Shown here one piece after another: positions 1 to 9,768 of a stretch of 29,554 nt of DNA. The position numbers and the translations under genes were made by a program. Position 1 is the first letter of the stretch, and each line of letters begins with the position of its first letter. The notes beneath the pieces are model-generated. The model saw only the letters and a list, made by a program, of their open reading frames with translations. It did not search any database and was not told the DNA's origin. The DNA comes from an uncultured delta proteobacterium (GTDB lineage Bacteria; Desulfobacterota; WTBG01; CAIYCZ01), in contig CAWDOY010000038.1 of the NCBI GenBank assembly GCA_963803975.1, positions 1 to 29,554 on the forward strand, read 5' to 3'.

Positions 1-144
1 CGGAAGCTGCTTGCCGCTGATGGTCTCTGTGGCGCCGGGCGAGCCGAGCACGCCAGTGACCTGCTGGGCCATAAGGGGACTGGCTGCCAGCATTGTGACC
101 ATGGCGAATGTCACCGCCGCAATAAAAAATGCTCTTCTCTTCAT
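1..144 (-). CDS. Arylsulfatase, N-terminal 48 codons (runs off the window)
   Basis: Manual translation MKRRAFFIAAVTFAMVTMLAASPLMAQQVTGVLGSPGATETISGKQLP. Signal peptide followed by the QQ.TG..GSP.AT.TI.GKQLP start typical of a proteobacterial arylsulfatase group. AAGGAGG RBS upstream. The catalytic motif lies outside the window. Confidence 0.7.
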   Translation of the reverse strand, partial: MKRRAFFIAAVTFAMVTMLAASPLMAQQVTGVLGSPGATETISGKQLP

Positions 145-190
145 CCCCTTCCCTCCTTTTTTAAATATTGTAGGAAAATTACAATAGCAC

Positions 191-220
191 ACGTCCTCTG
201 TAGCACTACGGAGGGTGGAC
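191..220. repeat. Short REP-like palindrome (GTCCTCTGTAGCACTACGGAGGGTGGAC)
   Basis: Hairpin CTCTGTAG-CA-CTACGGAG. A split reverse-complement copy lies at 2322-2420. Confidence 0.5.
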
Positions 221-301
221 AGAAATAAAATTTAAAGCTGTCACCAGTGAATCGATTCCGTCCCTCGTGACGCGTGTCCCGTGAACATCGCTTGATCATC
301 A

Positions 302-971
302 TCAGGGTGTGGGCACAACCTTATAGTAGACACCATTCGCGCCGTAGCATGGCTTGAAACCATGTATTGCCGCACAGATAGTATGTCGTGCCTTGGACGG
401 TCGGTGTAATGCAACCGGCAGGCAGCGTGGGATAGAGCGCTCCCATAACATACGAGGTGGTGCTCGCAGCACCCGCTGCGACACCGGCGTTATAGGAACT
501 GGCGGCTACTGCGGAAGTGTTGGCCGAGGCCACTGCTGCTCCGGCAACCATGCCGACCGCTGCTCCTGCAGCGGCTGCTCCGGCTGTTGACCAGCCTCCG
601 CAATTGTAGCATCCTGCGCCATAATAGTTCACCGTGGTGGGCGGATGGTACGCTGGATAGACCGCAACAGGCGGATGATAGTATGCACCGCCGTAGTGGG
701 CGTTGCCGTAGGCTGTGCCGCCGTAAGCGCCGGTCTTCGACCAGCCTCCGCCGGTGTAGTGCGTTGCGCTACCACCATACGCGTTGGTATGAGAGGTGCC
801 TTCCCCGGCAGTGTGCGACGTGCTGGTGCCCCAGGCGCTGGTATGGCTTGTGGACCCTGCGCTGTGCGAAGTGCTGCCGCCGTAGCGGTTCCCACTCGAA
901 AAGGCCGCGGCAGCCACATATAAGAGCACCACCATTAAAATACTCAAGAAACAAACGAAAATCTTTTTCAT
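302..971 (-). CDS. Secreted Gly/Ser/Thr/His-rich hypothetical protein (one frameshift near 355)
   Basis: Signal peptide MKKIFVCFLSILMVVLLYVAAAA and GAGGAGG RBS. ORF 321..971 joins the frame of ORF 302..484 to end ...YYLCGNTWF/KPCYGANGVYYKVVPTP*. Confidence 0.75.
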
Positions 972-990
972 GATCTATGTACCTCCTCGC

Positions 991-1908
991 TTAATTACTT
1001 TTGGATGGTTTGCTCTTCACCGGGGGCTTTTCGCCCGGGACACTTTTCGGATTCGGATGGGCAAAGGGCATGGGATTCGCTTTGCCCGCGCTCGTTGAAG
1101 CAAAGGCGTCTGCCGGGACGGCAATATCAAGCTGCCAGTTGGAGAACTCCAATTGGTGGCGCAGGTGCGCATTGTCACTGCGGTATACCCCGCGCATCAT
1201 CCGCGGCAGTTTGTCCTCGACGCCGATCCATACCTGCAGGAACACATTGTCATTGGCGTAAGCCACCATGTCAGTCGTCGTTCCGCCAACCACCTTGGAC
1301 TGGCCGATATAGAAAGCGAGGACCAGCCCGTCGGCAATATTCTTATAAGGGTCGGCGTCGATCATAGGGGCGTAGGGGAAGTAGATCGCGGCGGAGTCAT
1401 AGGCTAGTTTCAGCGCCTCGTCGATCGTGGGCGGAGCATCGGCAGTAGCGACCAGGTTCTCGGCCGGTGCAAAAGCCGTCATTGTCTTGCCGTTATAGTA
1501 AAACTCCGAGGCAGGGCCATCAGCGGACGTGATCACCCGCAGCTTGTCAGGCCGCTGCAGGGTGACCTCGGACTTTGTTGTGTAGGCCAGCGGAGTGCCG
1601 AACAGGCACGGGCTCTCATAAGTAACCACCGCCGTGAAGCTCATGGTGCGGGCAGTGGCCAGGCGACTGCATGCGGCCTTCAGTACTTCAATCGCCTTCG
1701 GCTCGAGGGTCATCTGGACCGGAGGCGGGGAATCATTGCCCGGCGACTTGGCTGGTTTTGATAGTTTTGGTATCTGCTGCGCTTGCTGGGCATTGGCGGT
1801 TACGGTAAGAAATACCACCAGCGCAAGCGCAAGTGCCAGCACACGCCCCGTGCACATGGCTCGAATCATCGCGGCTGCTGACGAGAAACCTCGTCCTCTG
1901 GTTTTCAT
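991..1908 (-). CDS. DUF2092-family periplasmic protein (LolA-like)
   Basis: Start MKTRG at 1908 overlaps the upstream stop (ATGA). Hydrophobic signal region, then LQRPDKLRV, EFYYNGKTMT, APPTIDEAL and QVWIG..DKLPR motifs characteristic of DUF2092. Confidence 0.85.
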   Translation of the reverse strand: MKTRGRGFSSAAAMIRAMCTGRVLALALALVVFLTVTANAQQAQQIPKLSKPAKSPGNDSPPPVQMTLEPKAIEVLKAACSRLATARTMSFTAVVTYESPCLFGTPLAYTTKSEVTLQRPDKLRVITSADGPASEFYYNGKTMTAFAPAENLVATADAPPTIDEALKLAYDSAAIYFPYAPMIDADPYKNIADGLVLAFYIGQSKVVGGTTTDMVAYANDNVFLQVWIGVEDKLPRMMRGVYRSDNAHLRHQLEFSNWQLDIAVPADAFASTSAGKANPMPFAHPNPKSVPGEKPPVKSKPSKSN

Positions 1909-2228
1909 GGAATCATCCCGCATTCGAACAGTTTGTTGGCAATGGGAGCTGCTACTTTGTTGATGAACACTTGCCGCATCTGGGGATCGTTGCGCAGCAT
2001 CCGGATGGCTCGTTCTTCCATCTCCGGTTTTGGCTTGCCTCTGTCCTGCCACAGCTGCTCGCATGTTGACTGTTGATATTTCTGGATGACTTTCTCGGCA
2101 ACCCGGTCCAGGATCGGGTACTCTTGCGTTCCGGCCCCACCTGCAAAGATCAGTAACGACACCATTACACAGAGGCAACACATCATCAATAGATAAAAAC
2201 GCTTGTTCATGGTTTTTTCTGCTTTCAT
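1905..2228 (-). CDS. Secreted conserved hypothetical protein
   Basis: AAGGAGGAG RBS before ATG 2228. Signal peptide, then QEYPILD..A.KVIQKYQQSTCEQLW...PIANKLFECGMIP. Translationally coupled to DUF2092. Confidence 0.8.
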   Translation of the reverse strand: MKAEKTMNKRFYLLMMCCLCVMVSLLIFAGGAGTQEYPILDRVAEKVIQKYQQSTCEQLWQDRGKPKPEMEERAIRMLRNDPQMRQVFINKVAAPIANKLFECGMIP

Positions 2229-2557
2229 TGCTTTCTCCTCCTTGTGTGTTAATTTCACTGTTCATTTGTTTTTTCCTCCTTCTAAAATTTATTCGCCACA
2301 GAGGACGCGGGAATAGGGATTCGTCCACCCTCCGCAGTGTTAAAAAAACAAGCTTACTGGTGATTGCTAAGTATGCGTTTGCATTTGGACTGTCCACAGT
2401 TTTCAGTGCTACGGGGGACGGGTGACCCATGGCTCGTGACCCGTTGCTCAGGCTTCGTGTTTTTCTGTCTACTGCCTTCTGTCTTTCAGCATTCTGCAAT
2501 CTTAAATCTGCATTTACTTTGTGCCTTCTGCCTCTGTGCCTATCAACCGCCTTTTTA

Positions 2558-2908
2558 TCACTGTCCCTGCGTCATCCAGTCGTGGAATCTGCCGGTGGCG
2601 GCAAAACAGCCGCTTCCATTTTGCGGGCAAATGATAATGTAGGTCTGGCGTCTTCCGCAGCCTTCCACTCCGACCGTAAACTCAGCGCGCTGGATACCGT
2701 TCATAAAGGGACCCTGCAGGGCAGGCTGGACCACTTCCTGTGATATAAGAACCGGCTGCGCGGCCGGACAGTTCAGCTCGAACTGCCCTTTGCTCGCAGC
2801 GGTCTGCATCGCGGTGGGCTGCATGCTGGCGAGGAACTGCTGCTGTGTGGCGCATCCGGTAACTGCCACTGCAGCGATAATTGCCAATAGTGCGAATGAT
2901 TTTTTCAT
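2558..2908 (-). CDS. Hypothetical lipoprotein (4 further Cys)
   Basis: AAGGAGG RBS and lipobox VTG-C after a hydrophobic signal (MKKSFALLAIIAAVAVTGC). Confidence 0.85.
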   Translation of the reverse strand: MKKSFALLAIIAAVAVTGCATQQQFLASMQPTAMQTAASKGQFELNCPAAQPVLISQEVVQPALQGPFMNGIQRAEFTVGVEGCGRRQTYIIICPQNGSGCFAATGRFHDWMTQGQ

Positions 2909-3007
2909 GGAGACCTCCTTGTATAAAAGCTATCAGCTGACAGCTGTCAGTTGTCCGTTATGTATTCATTTATAAAAATGCTTTGCCCGTTAACCTGTTT
3001 ACTAATT

Positions 3008-3050
3008 AAAAAGGGGGGAGAACGTGGAGGGATCTTCCCCATTCTCCCCC
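3008..3050 (-). terminator. Probable intrinsic terminator
   Basis: Inverted repeat GGGGGAGAA/TTCTCCCCC, followed on the minus strand by a T run. Confidence 0.5.
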
Positions 3051-3297
3051 TGACTGTTCTTCGGATTAATTATCACTGTGGACTGTGCGTCACTTCCTTA
3101 TAAAATAATTCCTCTTTTAGTTTATTAATATTTTTAACAGCGCACTTAATTTTCGATCTTTCAAGGCCAAAGAGTTATTAGTGCCAAAGCTTTTTAAACT
3201 CCTTAACTCCCCAACTCCTTTACTCATAAACTCTGTGTGCTGTGCGGTTCCATGTAGTTTTCCCATGTCGTTGTGATGCATTCTCCCGAGGGGCAGG

Positions 3298-3615
3298 CTA
3301 TTGCAGGTTGCACTGCTGCTTAATTTCAGCAATCTTCTTATCGATCATGCTGTTGTAATCGCCGGATGCAACTTTCATCTTGTCACCCTCTGTCCCGGTT
3401 ATAATGCCAATGACCGCGCCAGCCGGCACAATTGCTGTGATGCCGTTTGCTATCTGCTGCGCTACATGTGCTTTTTCAGACTGCAACACGCGTATATCCC
3501 CCTCTGCCGTCGCGCAGTTGATCGGCTTTGCTATGTCCTGCTTTTCCTGCTGGGTGATTGGCGCGCATGCTGTCGCGAGTACGATTGCTAAAACGGTCAG
3601 TAAAATCTTTTTCAT
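3298..3615 (-). CDS. Hypothetical lipoprotein
   Basis: GGAGG RBS before MKKILLTVLAIVLATAC (lipobox ATA-C). True start is likely 3615, not 3654. Confidence 0.85.
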   Translation of the reverse strand: MKKILLTVLAIVLATACAPITQQEKQDIAKPINCATAEGDIRVLQSEKAHVAQQIANGITAIVPAGAVIGIITGTEGDKMKVASGDYNSMIDKKIAEIKQQCNLQ

Positions 3616-3719
3616 GGTTTGTTCCTCCAGTATGGTTTGGTGCTTTATTTTCATCCCCGTGCCAGTCTATGTAATAAAAACTGCGGGCTGAGTACCACCT
3701 GTCAGGGCGGGGTTCTTTA

Positions 3720-4165
3720 TTAGTTCCCCCCATAATTTGTCCCTTCTCCAGCATCAGCTTGCCTATTCCTGCCAGGGTATCAACCTGTTTAGCTATCTCA
3801 TCTTTTTCTTTTTGTGTTACGGCACCCTTCTGTCTGCCCATCTTGAGCAGCCCACCGCCGATCTGTCGCAGTTTCATACCAATCTCCTGCATATTTGCCT
3901 TGCCTTCATCGGTGTACATCATTTCGCCACTTTCCTCGTAATCCGAACCATTTTTGATCAATAAGAGGCCTTCATCCACCAGCATGGCCCGATCCATGTC
4001 CTTAGCAGTTTTTATCTTCTGGGCCTGCGCCATCATAAACTTACTGGCTGCCACTACATGGGTACCTTCCTGCGGCAGATCCACCCACCCCTGCGCTTGA
4101 GCGGCAGAGACGACGAAAAGCAGAAAAAGGCTTGCTATTGCTGATATCATTATGGTTTTCTTCAT
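3720..4165 (-). CDS. Secreted helical hypothetical protein
   Basis: AGGAGG RBS and signal peptide ending AQA. Adding one G to the G run near 3726 gives ...QIMGGN-TAA-TAA at about 3720, which avoids the 140-bp overlap with the next gene seen in the 3476..4165 ORF. Confidence 0.7.
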
Positions 4166-4287
4166 GGTCTTTACCTCCTAATAAAAATATTTTTTCAGTT
4201 TATGTGACCGGTACATCACGACCCTTGTGACACTTTATTGTTTATTGCAGCTAATAATCATGCAAAAGGAACTTCATTGTATCCTCA

Positions 4288-4622
4288 TCATTGTCTGCCG
4301 CTCTCAGTTCTCAGGGCTTCAATCAAATCCATCCCCATTGTTTTCTCAACCTCATGAAACTCTATTTTCGGCTCCTCGCTGGCAAGCTCCATGGCGGTCA
4401 AAAGCCGCATATACATGCTGGATTGAACATGCCGCTCCAGGGTTTCCATTGATTGCCATTTCTCCATCTAAAGGACGCATGCTTGTCATCAGTCTGCTCG
4501 TATCTGCAGCAGCATAAACATCCCTGCTTGTTCCTCGTAAGCGCCTCCATGGTCCGGAGGATGTCCAGCATTGCCTGCCGTTTTTCAGGCTGCGGTATTA
4601 ATTTAATAAATGATAGAATCAT
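4288..4622 (-). CDS. Antibiotic-biosynthesis monooxygenase (ABM / putative quinol monooxygenase) family protein, frameshift near 4470
   Basis: MILSFIKLIPQPEKRQAMLDIL...GCL.C..YEQ continues in another frame as MEKWQSMETLERHVQSSMYMRLLTAMELASEEPKIEFHEV...RQ*, a typical ABM ferredoxin-like pattern. Confidence 0.75.
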
Positions 4623-4662
4623 GGTTTGCATTTGGGCTGCGTTTATCTTAGTGCTTCGATTC

Positions 4663-4677
4663 GCAAATAAAGTGCCG
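4663..4677 (-). promoter_or_regulatory. Sigma-54 (-24/-12) promoter
   Basis: Minus strand CGGCAC-TTTAT-TTGC has the exact GG-N10-GC spacing. It lies about 40 bp upstream of the ABM start and just downstream of a sigma-54 activator gene. Confidence 0.7.
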
Positions 4678-4906
4678 TATGTGATCCAAACAAAAGCTTT
4701 ACACTGCTTACTGAGCACTAAGTGAGTGAGTGATTGGTCACCGAATTTATGATCGTAGGACTTAGGGTATTATGTAATTACACAATTGATACCAGTCTGC
4801 GCGCTGCCGGAGCTAATTTACAAGCTGTTGAAAAATCATGGCAAAGGATTTGATGGGGGCAATGAATGCGTTAGGAATGGCTTGCTAAAGAGTCGGTATG
4901 GCGTCT

Positions 4907-6871
4907 TCAGGGCGAAATGCCGTCTTTTTCGCGGCGGTTTGGAATGCCCAGTTTATTCATTCTGGAGTACAGGGTTGAAGGCTTGAGTCCGAGCAGCGTT
5001 GCGGCACCGTTAGATCCCTTTATCCGCCACCCGGTCTTTGAGAGAACATCCATGATATGCTGGTACTCTGTTTCTTCCATGGTCTGGTTTTTAAAGCTTG
5101 CGCCGGCTGGCGCCTGCGGCAGATTTACCTGCATGCTGCTCCCGGAGCTGATGATGGTTGCCTGTTCCAGCACGTTGCGCAGCTCCCGGATATTGCCCGG
5201 CCAGTGATAGCGCTGCAGCGCCTGCATGGTTTTTTGGGGCACTGCTTGAAATTTCTTGCCCATTTTCACCGCGAACTCATGGACAAAGGCTTCTACCAGC
5301 AGCGGGATGTCATCCGGCCGCTCCCGCAGCGGCGGCACCATCAATGGGAAAAACGTTCAGCCGGTAGTACAGGTCTGCTCGGAAAGCGCCCTTGCGCACT
5401 TCCTGTGCCATATCACGGTTGGTTGCGGCAATCAGCCGCACATCGACGCGGATGGTCTTCGGGCTGCCGAGCCGCTCGAACTCCCCATTCTCCAGCACCC
5501 GCAACAGCTTTGCCTGCAGGTCAAGCGGCAGCTCCGTGATCTCATCAAGGAACAGGGTGGAACGGTCAGCCAGCTCAAAGCGCCCGATCTGTCTGGCCAA
5601 TGCTCCGGTATAAGCGCACTCTCGCGGCCGAACAGCTCGCTCTCAATGAGCGCTGCGGGCAGCGCAGCGCAGTTGACTTTCACCATCAGCCGGCCATGCC
5701 GAGGGCTTAGGTTGTGAACGGCCTGGGCAATCAGCTCTTTCCCGGTTCCGGTTTCACCGCTGAGCAGCACCGTGGAATCAGTCGCCGCAACCTGCTCTAC
5801 CTGGTGGAGCACCTTCATGAGCACGCCGCTCGTGCCGATAATGTGCTCAAAGTCGGACTCCCTGCTGACTTCCTGCCGCAGGTAAATATTTTCTGCTTCC
5901 AGCTGGTCCTTTAATTGCTTAATCTCGTGATATGCTTTCTGCAGGGCCTCGTTTGACTGTTTGCGTTCCGTGATGTCCATGGACACGCCCATCACGCGCT
6001 CCGGTTCCCCGGACGCGCTGAAATACGGGCGGCCGCGGGAAATAATCCAGCGGACGCTCTCATCAGTAAGCACAATCCGGTATTCGACCTTGAATGTTCT
6101 CTTTTGCCCTAATCGACTGCTCTACGGACCGGCGAACATGTTCACGGTCATCGGGATGGACCGTATTCAGGAATGGTTTCGAAGTTTATCTCCTGTTCTT
6201 TAGCATAGCCGAACAACTCCCGCGCCTTATCGGTTGCCCAGAAATGGCCGGTGCCAAAATCCAGAATCCACAGGCCCACTTCTGCTGAAGAAGCTGCGAG
6301 ATGAAGCCGTACCTCGCTTTCGCGCAAGGCGCTGGTCTTCGCGTTTCCGGGCAAGCGCATTGGCGAAAATGCTCACCCCGAGCAGGCGCAGCCGCGGGAT
6401 ATACTCATCAGGCCAGGCACGCTCACTGCGCACGGATTGAATCGGGCTATGAAGTAATGATTATGTCCCATCGGTGAAAATCGGTAGGTCCACAGATGAT
6501 CGGACTCCCCACTCGCTATAGGTCTGCTTGTCGAATGCGCCTCAGCCGGCAGCTCATCAAGCGTCGCAAAGGACAACCTTCGTGCTGCTCGACTATTTCT
6601 GTAGGCCAGGGAAACAACGCGACAGGAAGATCGGTTTTTAGCGGTACCGGAGGGTTCGTCTGAAACGCGGCGTGAGTGACCTGCCATGTGGTGCCTGTCC
6701 GGGGAGGCGAGCAGCAGACCGCAGCGGTCAACCTGGAAAAATTCAAGAATTTCCTTAAGCCCGTTCTCAATTTCCAGGCCTACCTGGTCAGGAGAGATAT
6801 TGACAAACCTGGCGGATATCGTCTGAGATAAGCCGCTCAAACCGCAAGTGTTCTTTAAGGGTTTTTTCCAT
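4907..6871 (-). CDS. Sigma-54-dependent Fis-family activator with GAF and PAS input domains (FhlA-like), multiple frameshifts
   Basis: Start [27 protein letters not shown] segment ([20 protein letters not shown]), Walker [15 protein letters not shown] followed by frameshifted [31 protein letters not shown] and C-terminal HTH ([17 protein letters not shown]). Pieces are spread over at least 6 ORFs. Confidence 0.9.
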
Positions 6872-7070
6872 CCGGTATTTAATAAAAACTGAGTTTTATT
6901 TAAAGAGAACGTGAATGGCGGGATGTTTTAAAATCCGACCATAGGGCTTATATAAGAATATAATATAAATTTTGCGAATAACAAGCAGTTTTTATAATTG
7001 CGGTTATTAGAGCATTCATTATTAAACAATTCAAGAACTTTTCAACTCCTGCCGGCATTACATCCTCAGC

Positions 7071-7107
7071 CCTTCGATGAGCTCAGGGCGGTGAGCCTGT
7101 CGAACCG
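7071..7107. repeat. REP-like palindrome (CTTCGA..AGCTCAG...GAGC.TGTCGAA type)
   Basis: CCTTCGATGAGCTCAGGGCGGTGAGCCTGTCGAACCG. Related GAGCTC-centred hairpins at about 7822-7880, 8061-8079 and 10138-10199. Confidence 0.55.
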
Positions 7108-7317
7108 CACCTAAGTCCCGCGGATCTTTCGCTCTTAAGCTCAACCAGAGCCACGCTGCAAAAGCTGGCAGGGCATAGCATGTAGATCGTGACTCGTGGC
7201 CAGTGACTTGTTGATTGCAGAATGCAGATTGCCCGCTGCGCCAGAAACTGCAGATTACTAAAGGCTGACGGCTGATCGCTGAATGCTGACAGCTATTTTT
7301 CTAAAGAAGATGTGCCG

Positions 7318-7442
7318 CAGGCTGGTCAAAAACATGCAGATGCAAGGCGCGCGACATCATGAGGAATGAGGCGTACTTTGCGGTACGCCGCAATGACGAG
7401 GGATGAGCGCAACGCAGCAGATGGGTGTTTTTCAGCAGCCTG
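7318..7442. mobile_element. 125-bp MITE-like element, copy 1
   Basis: Terminal inverted repeats CAGGCTGGTCAAAAAC / GTTTTTCAGCAGCCTG. Its reverse complement matches 19945..20069 with 8 substitutions and no indels. Confidence 0.75.
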
Positions 7443-7790
7443 TTACTTTTCAGTAAACGCTTCTATTGCCTTCATAACTTCCACCACATGGGCCATGCCC
7501 GGGCCGCCGCCCATGAGAATGGCAACCGAGGCTGCTTCCATGATTTCTTCCGGAGTCGCTCCCATGTTGAGCGCTGCGCTGGTATGGGCGTGAATGCAGG
7601 GCAGGCAGCGAAGCCCTACGGCAATTCCCAGAGCAATCAGTTCTTTCTCTTTTGTTTTTATGGCGCCGTCCTGCATAACGCCGCCCATGAGGGACATGAA
7701 GCCCTGGGAAATATCCGGATACTGCGCGCCGAATTTTGCCACATATTCAAAGAACTCTTCAGCTTTTTTCTTGATTTCGTTTTCTGCCAT
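7443..7790 (-). CDS. Carboxymuconolactone decarboxylase / AhpD-like protein
   Basis: K.KELIALGIAV..RCLPCI..H...A...GAT.EEI.EA..VA..MGGGP motif with CxxC. GGAGG RBS. Confidence 0.92.
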   Translation of the reverse strand: MAENEIKKKAEEFFEYVAKFGAQYPDISQGFMSLMGGVMQDGAIKTKEKELIALGIAVGLRCLPCIHAHTSAALNMGATPEEIMEAASVAILMGGGPGMAHVVEVMKAIEAFTEK

Positions 7791-8267
7791 AGTTCCTCCT
7801 GTTTATTTACCGCTGAGAACGCCCCTCGGCCATGTCTTCGACCCTGAGGCTCAGACCCGAAGGGAGCTCGGGGCCGAATGGCAGAGCTCGCAGAGGTTTT
7901 TAAAAAAACTGGAATTCTTTTATTCCAGGTTTTGTGGTAATGTTTTTCTGCTCCCGGGTCACGAATCCCGAATTCCTAACCCTGTTCGATTATATACCAG
8001 AGCAGGAGCCGGAAGGCAAAGGGATAACGAATTCGTGAGGTTCGGGATTAGTGACTTGTTGAGTGAGCATGTCGAACCGTGACTTGTGAAAAGGAAAGTG
8101 GAACGTGGAAAGCAGACAGCAGATTACAGATGACAGACTAAAGAAAAAGCTCTCTCTGCGTTCTCCGCGTGCTCAGCGGTTAATAAATTTTACAGAATTC
8201 CGAATCAGGCGAGCCCTTACTCAGCACTTTTAAGCGTGCTGAGAGCTATAAAATCATTCACGACACA

Positions 8268-8804
8268 ATGACTTCCACCATAAAAATATATATTGCCTCG
8301 CCGTTCGGATTTTTTGCCGCCGGCCGGGACTTTATGCAGGCGACATTGATCCCTCTGATACAGAAGGCTGGTTTTGTTGTGCTGGATCCCTGGGAATTAA
8401 CTCCGCAAGAATTGATTAAGCCGGTGGTACAGATGCCCTATGGTGAAAAGAAGCGGCAGGAGTTGCAGCGGCTTAACCGGATAATCGGAGAGAACAACAC
8501 CCGCGCGCTCAATGAGGCACACGCTGTTGTTGCCGTGCTGGATGGTACTGATGTTGATAGCGGTACTGCTTCTGAGATAGGATATGCCTGCGCCCTGGGG
8601 AAGCCGGTGCTTGGCTACCGGAGCGACTTCCGGCTCAGCGGCGATAACGAGGGCTGCACCGTTAACCTGCAGGTGGAATATTTTATTGAAAAAAATAACG
8701 GAAAGATTGTCATCCGGCTTGATGATCTCGAAGCAGCATTGCAGGATCTTTTTAAGCGGCTCTCCGCTTGGTCCGACCCGCCTTGCGGAGGGCAGGAGTT
8801 CTAA
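8268..8804 (+). CDS. Nucleoside 2-deoxyribosyltransferase family protein
   Basis: KIYIASPFGF N-terminus, LDGTDVDSGTASEIGYA.ALGKPV catalytic region and a C-terminal NL motif. Confidence 0.88.
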   Translation: MTSTIKIYIASPFGFFAAGRDFMQATLIPLIQKAGFVVLDPWELTPQELIKPVVQMPYGEKKRQELQRLNRIIGENNTRALNEAHAVVAVLDGTDVDSGTASEIGYACALGKPVLGYRSDFRLSGDNEGCTVNLQVEYFIEKNNGKIVIRLDDLEAALQDLFKRLSAWSDPPCGGQEF

Positions 8805-8892
8805 TAAGGTTTGGACTGCGTGGGGGGGCGACGGATCGCGGGCTTAACAAAAAGAAGTTGACTTAGTTTACTTATTAGGCTAGTAGATAGTC

Positions 8893-9138
8893 ATGATTAA
8901 ACTAAACATCCATGAAGCAAAAACCCATCTCTCCCGTTATCTCAGCCGCCTGGCAAAAGGTGAAACGATAACTCTATGCAAAAGAAATGTTCCCGTTGCT
9001 GAAATCCGCCCGATCCCGCCGGACAGAAAATCAAGACGCCCCATTGGCCTCGCTAAAGGAACTTTCAAGGTTCCTAAAAAATTCCATGAACCCCTGCCGG
9101 AAGATATAATTAAATCCTTCTATGACGGCCGGCCATGA
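8893..9138 (+). CDS. Phd/YefM-family antitoxin
   Basis: NIHEAKTHLSRYL...GETI...KRN.PVAEI signature. ATGA overlap with the PIN toxin. Confidence 0.92.
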   Translation: MIKLNIHEAKTHLSRYLSRLAKGETITLCKRNVPVAEIRPIPPDRKSRRPIGLAKGTFKVPKKFHEPLPEDIIKSFYDGRP

Positions 9139-9521
9139 AAATCCTCCTGGATACCTGCGCTTTTCTCTGGATTATAACTGACGACCCTAACCTCTCGCTC
9201 AGGGCACGTGAGCTCTTTGCTGATCCTGAAAATGATATCTACCTGAGCGCTGTTTCGGTATGGGAGATTGCCATAAAACATTCTCTGGGGCGCCTGCCCC
9301 TGCCCAAGAAACCTGAGCAGTTTATTCCTGCCCAACGGGTTCAGCACGGCATCAAAAGCCTTGCGCTTGATGAGGACGACTCTCTCTACGTAACAAAGCT
9401 GCCGGAACTACACCGGGACCCCTTTGATCGCATGCTCATTTGCCAGGCCATCGTCAATGGCATGGTGATTCTGACACCAGATGAGTCAATTACTAAGTAC
9501 CATGTTCGGTGTATGTGGTAG
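9135..9521 (+). CDS. vapC: VapC / PIN-domain toxin
   Basis: LLDTCAFLW, SAVSVWEIAIK, HRDPFDRMLICQA and LTPD PIN motifs. Confidence 0.93.
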   Translation: MKILLDTCAFLWIITDDPNLSLRARELFADPENDIYLSAVSVWEIAIKHSLGRLPLPKKPEQFIPAQRVQHGIKSLALDEDDSLYVTKLPELHRDPFDRMLICQAIVNGMVILTPDESITKYHVRCMW

Positions 9522-9579
9522 TATGCAACGAATAAGGGACGTGACATAAATAATAAAAAATCAATTTCAAGGAGGAGGC

Positions 9580-9768
9580 ATGGGAACAGCTAAAGAAGAA
9601 GTTCGCAAGATACTCGACAAAATCCCGGATGATGCATCGCTGGAAGACATCCAATATCATATATATGTGCGAGAGAAAATCGAACGCGGTTTTAACGACA
9701 TTACAGAAGGCCGCGTGTTAAGTCAGGAAGAGGTTGAACAGCGGATGTCTAAATGGATCGGAAGATAA
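9580..9768 (+). CDS. Putative antitoxin of the type normally preceding a RelE/ParE toxin (orphan here)
   Basis: AGGAGG RBS. AKEEV..ILD.IPDDASLEDIQYHIYV.EKIERG..D...GRV.SQEEV..RM.KW pattern. Confidence 0.75.
   Translation: MGTAKEEVRKILDKIPDDASLEDIQYHIYVREKIERGFNDITEGRVLSQEEVEQRMSKWIGR

Noticed and set aside
1909..2499. 5' extension of the 502-aa ORF 991..2499
   Set aside because: It overlaps the complete 1905..2228 gene in another frame. The DUF2092 signal peptide and ATGA coupling place the start at 1908.
3476..3719. C-terminal extension of ORF 3476..4165
   Set aside because: It reads through an intergenic region into the next lipoprotein gene out of frame. One extra G in the homopolymer gives tandem stops at about 3720.
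4203..4220. CRP-like site TGTGA-N8-TCACG
   Set aside because: The spacer is 8 rather than 6 bp, and there is no other support.
7366..7593. ORFs 7366..7593 and 19952..20245
   Set aside because: They start inside the 125-bp MITE-like element. The first continues antisense to the CMD gene. No recognisable protein features.
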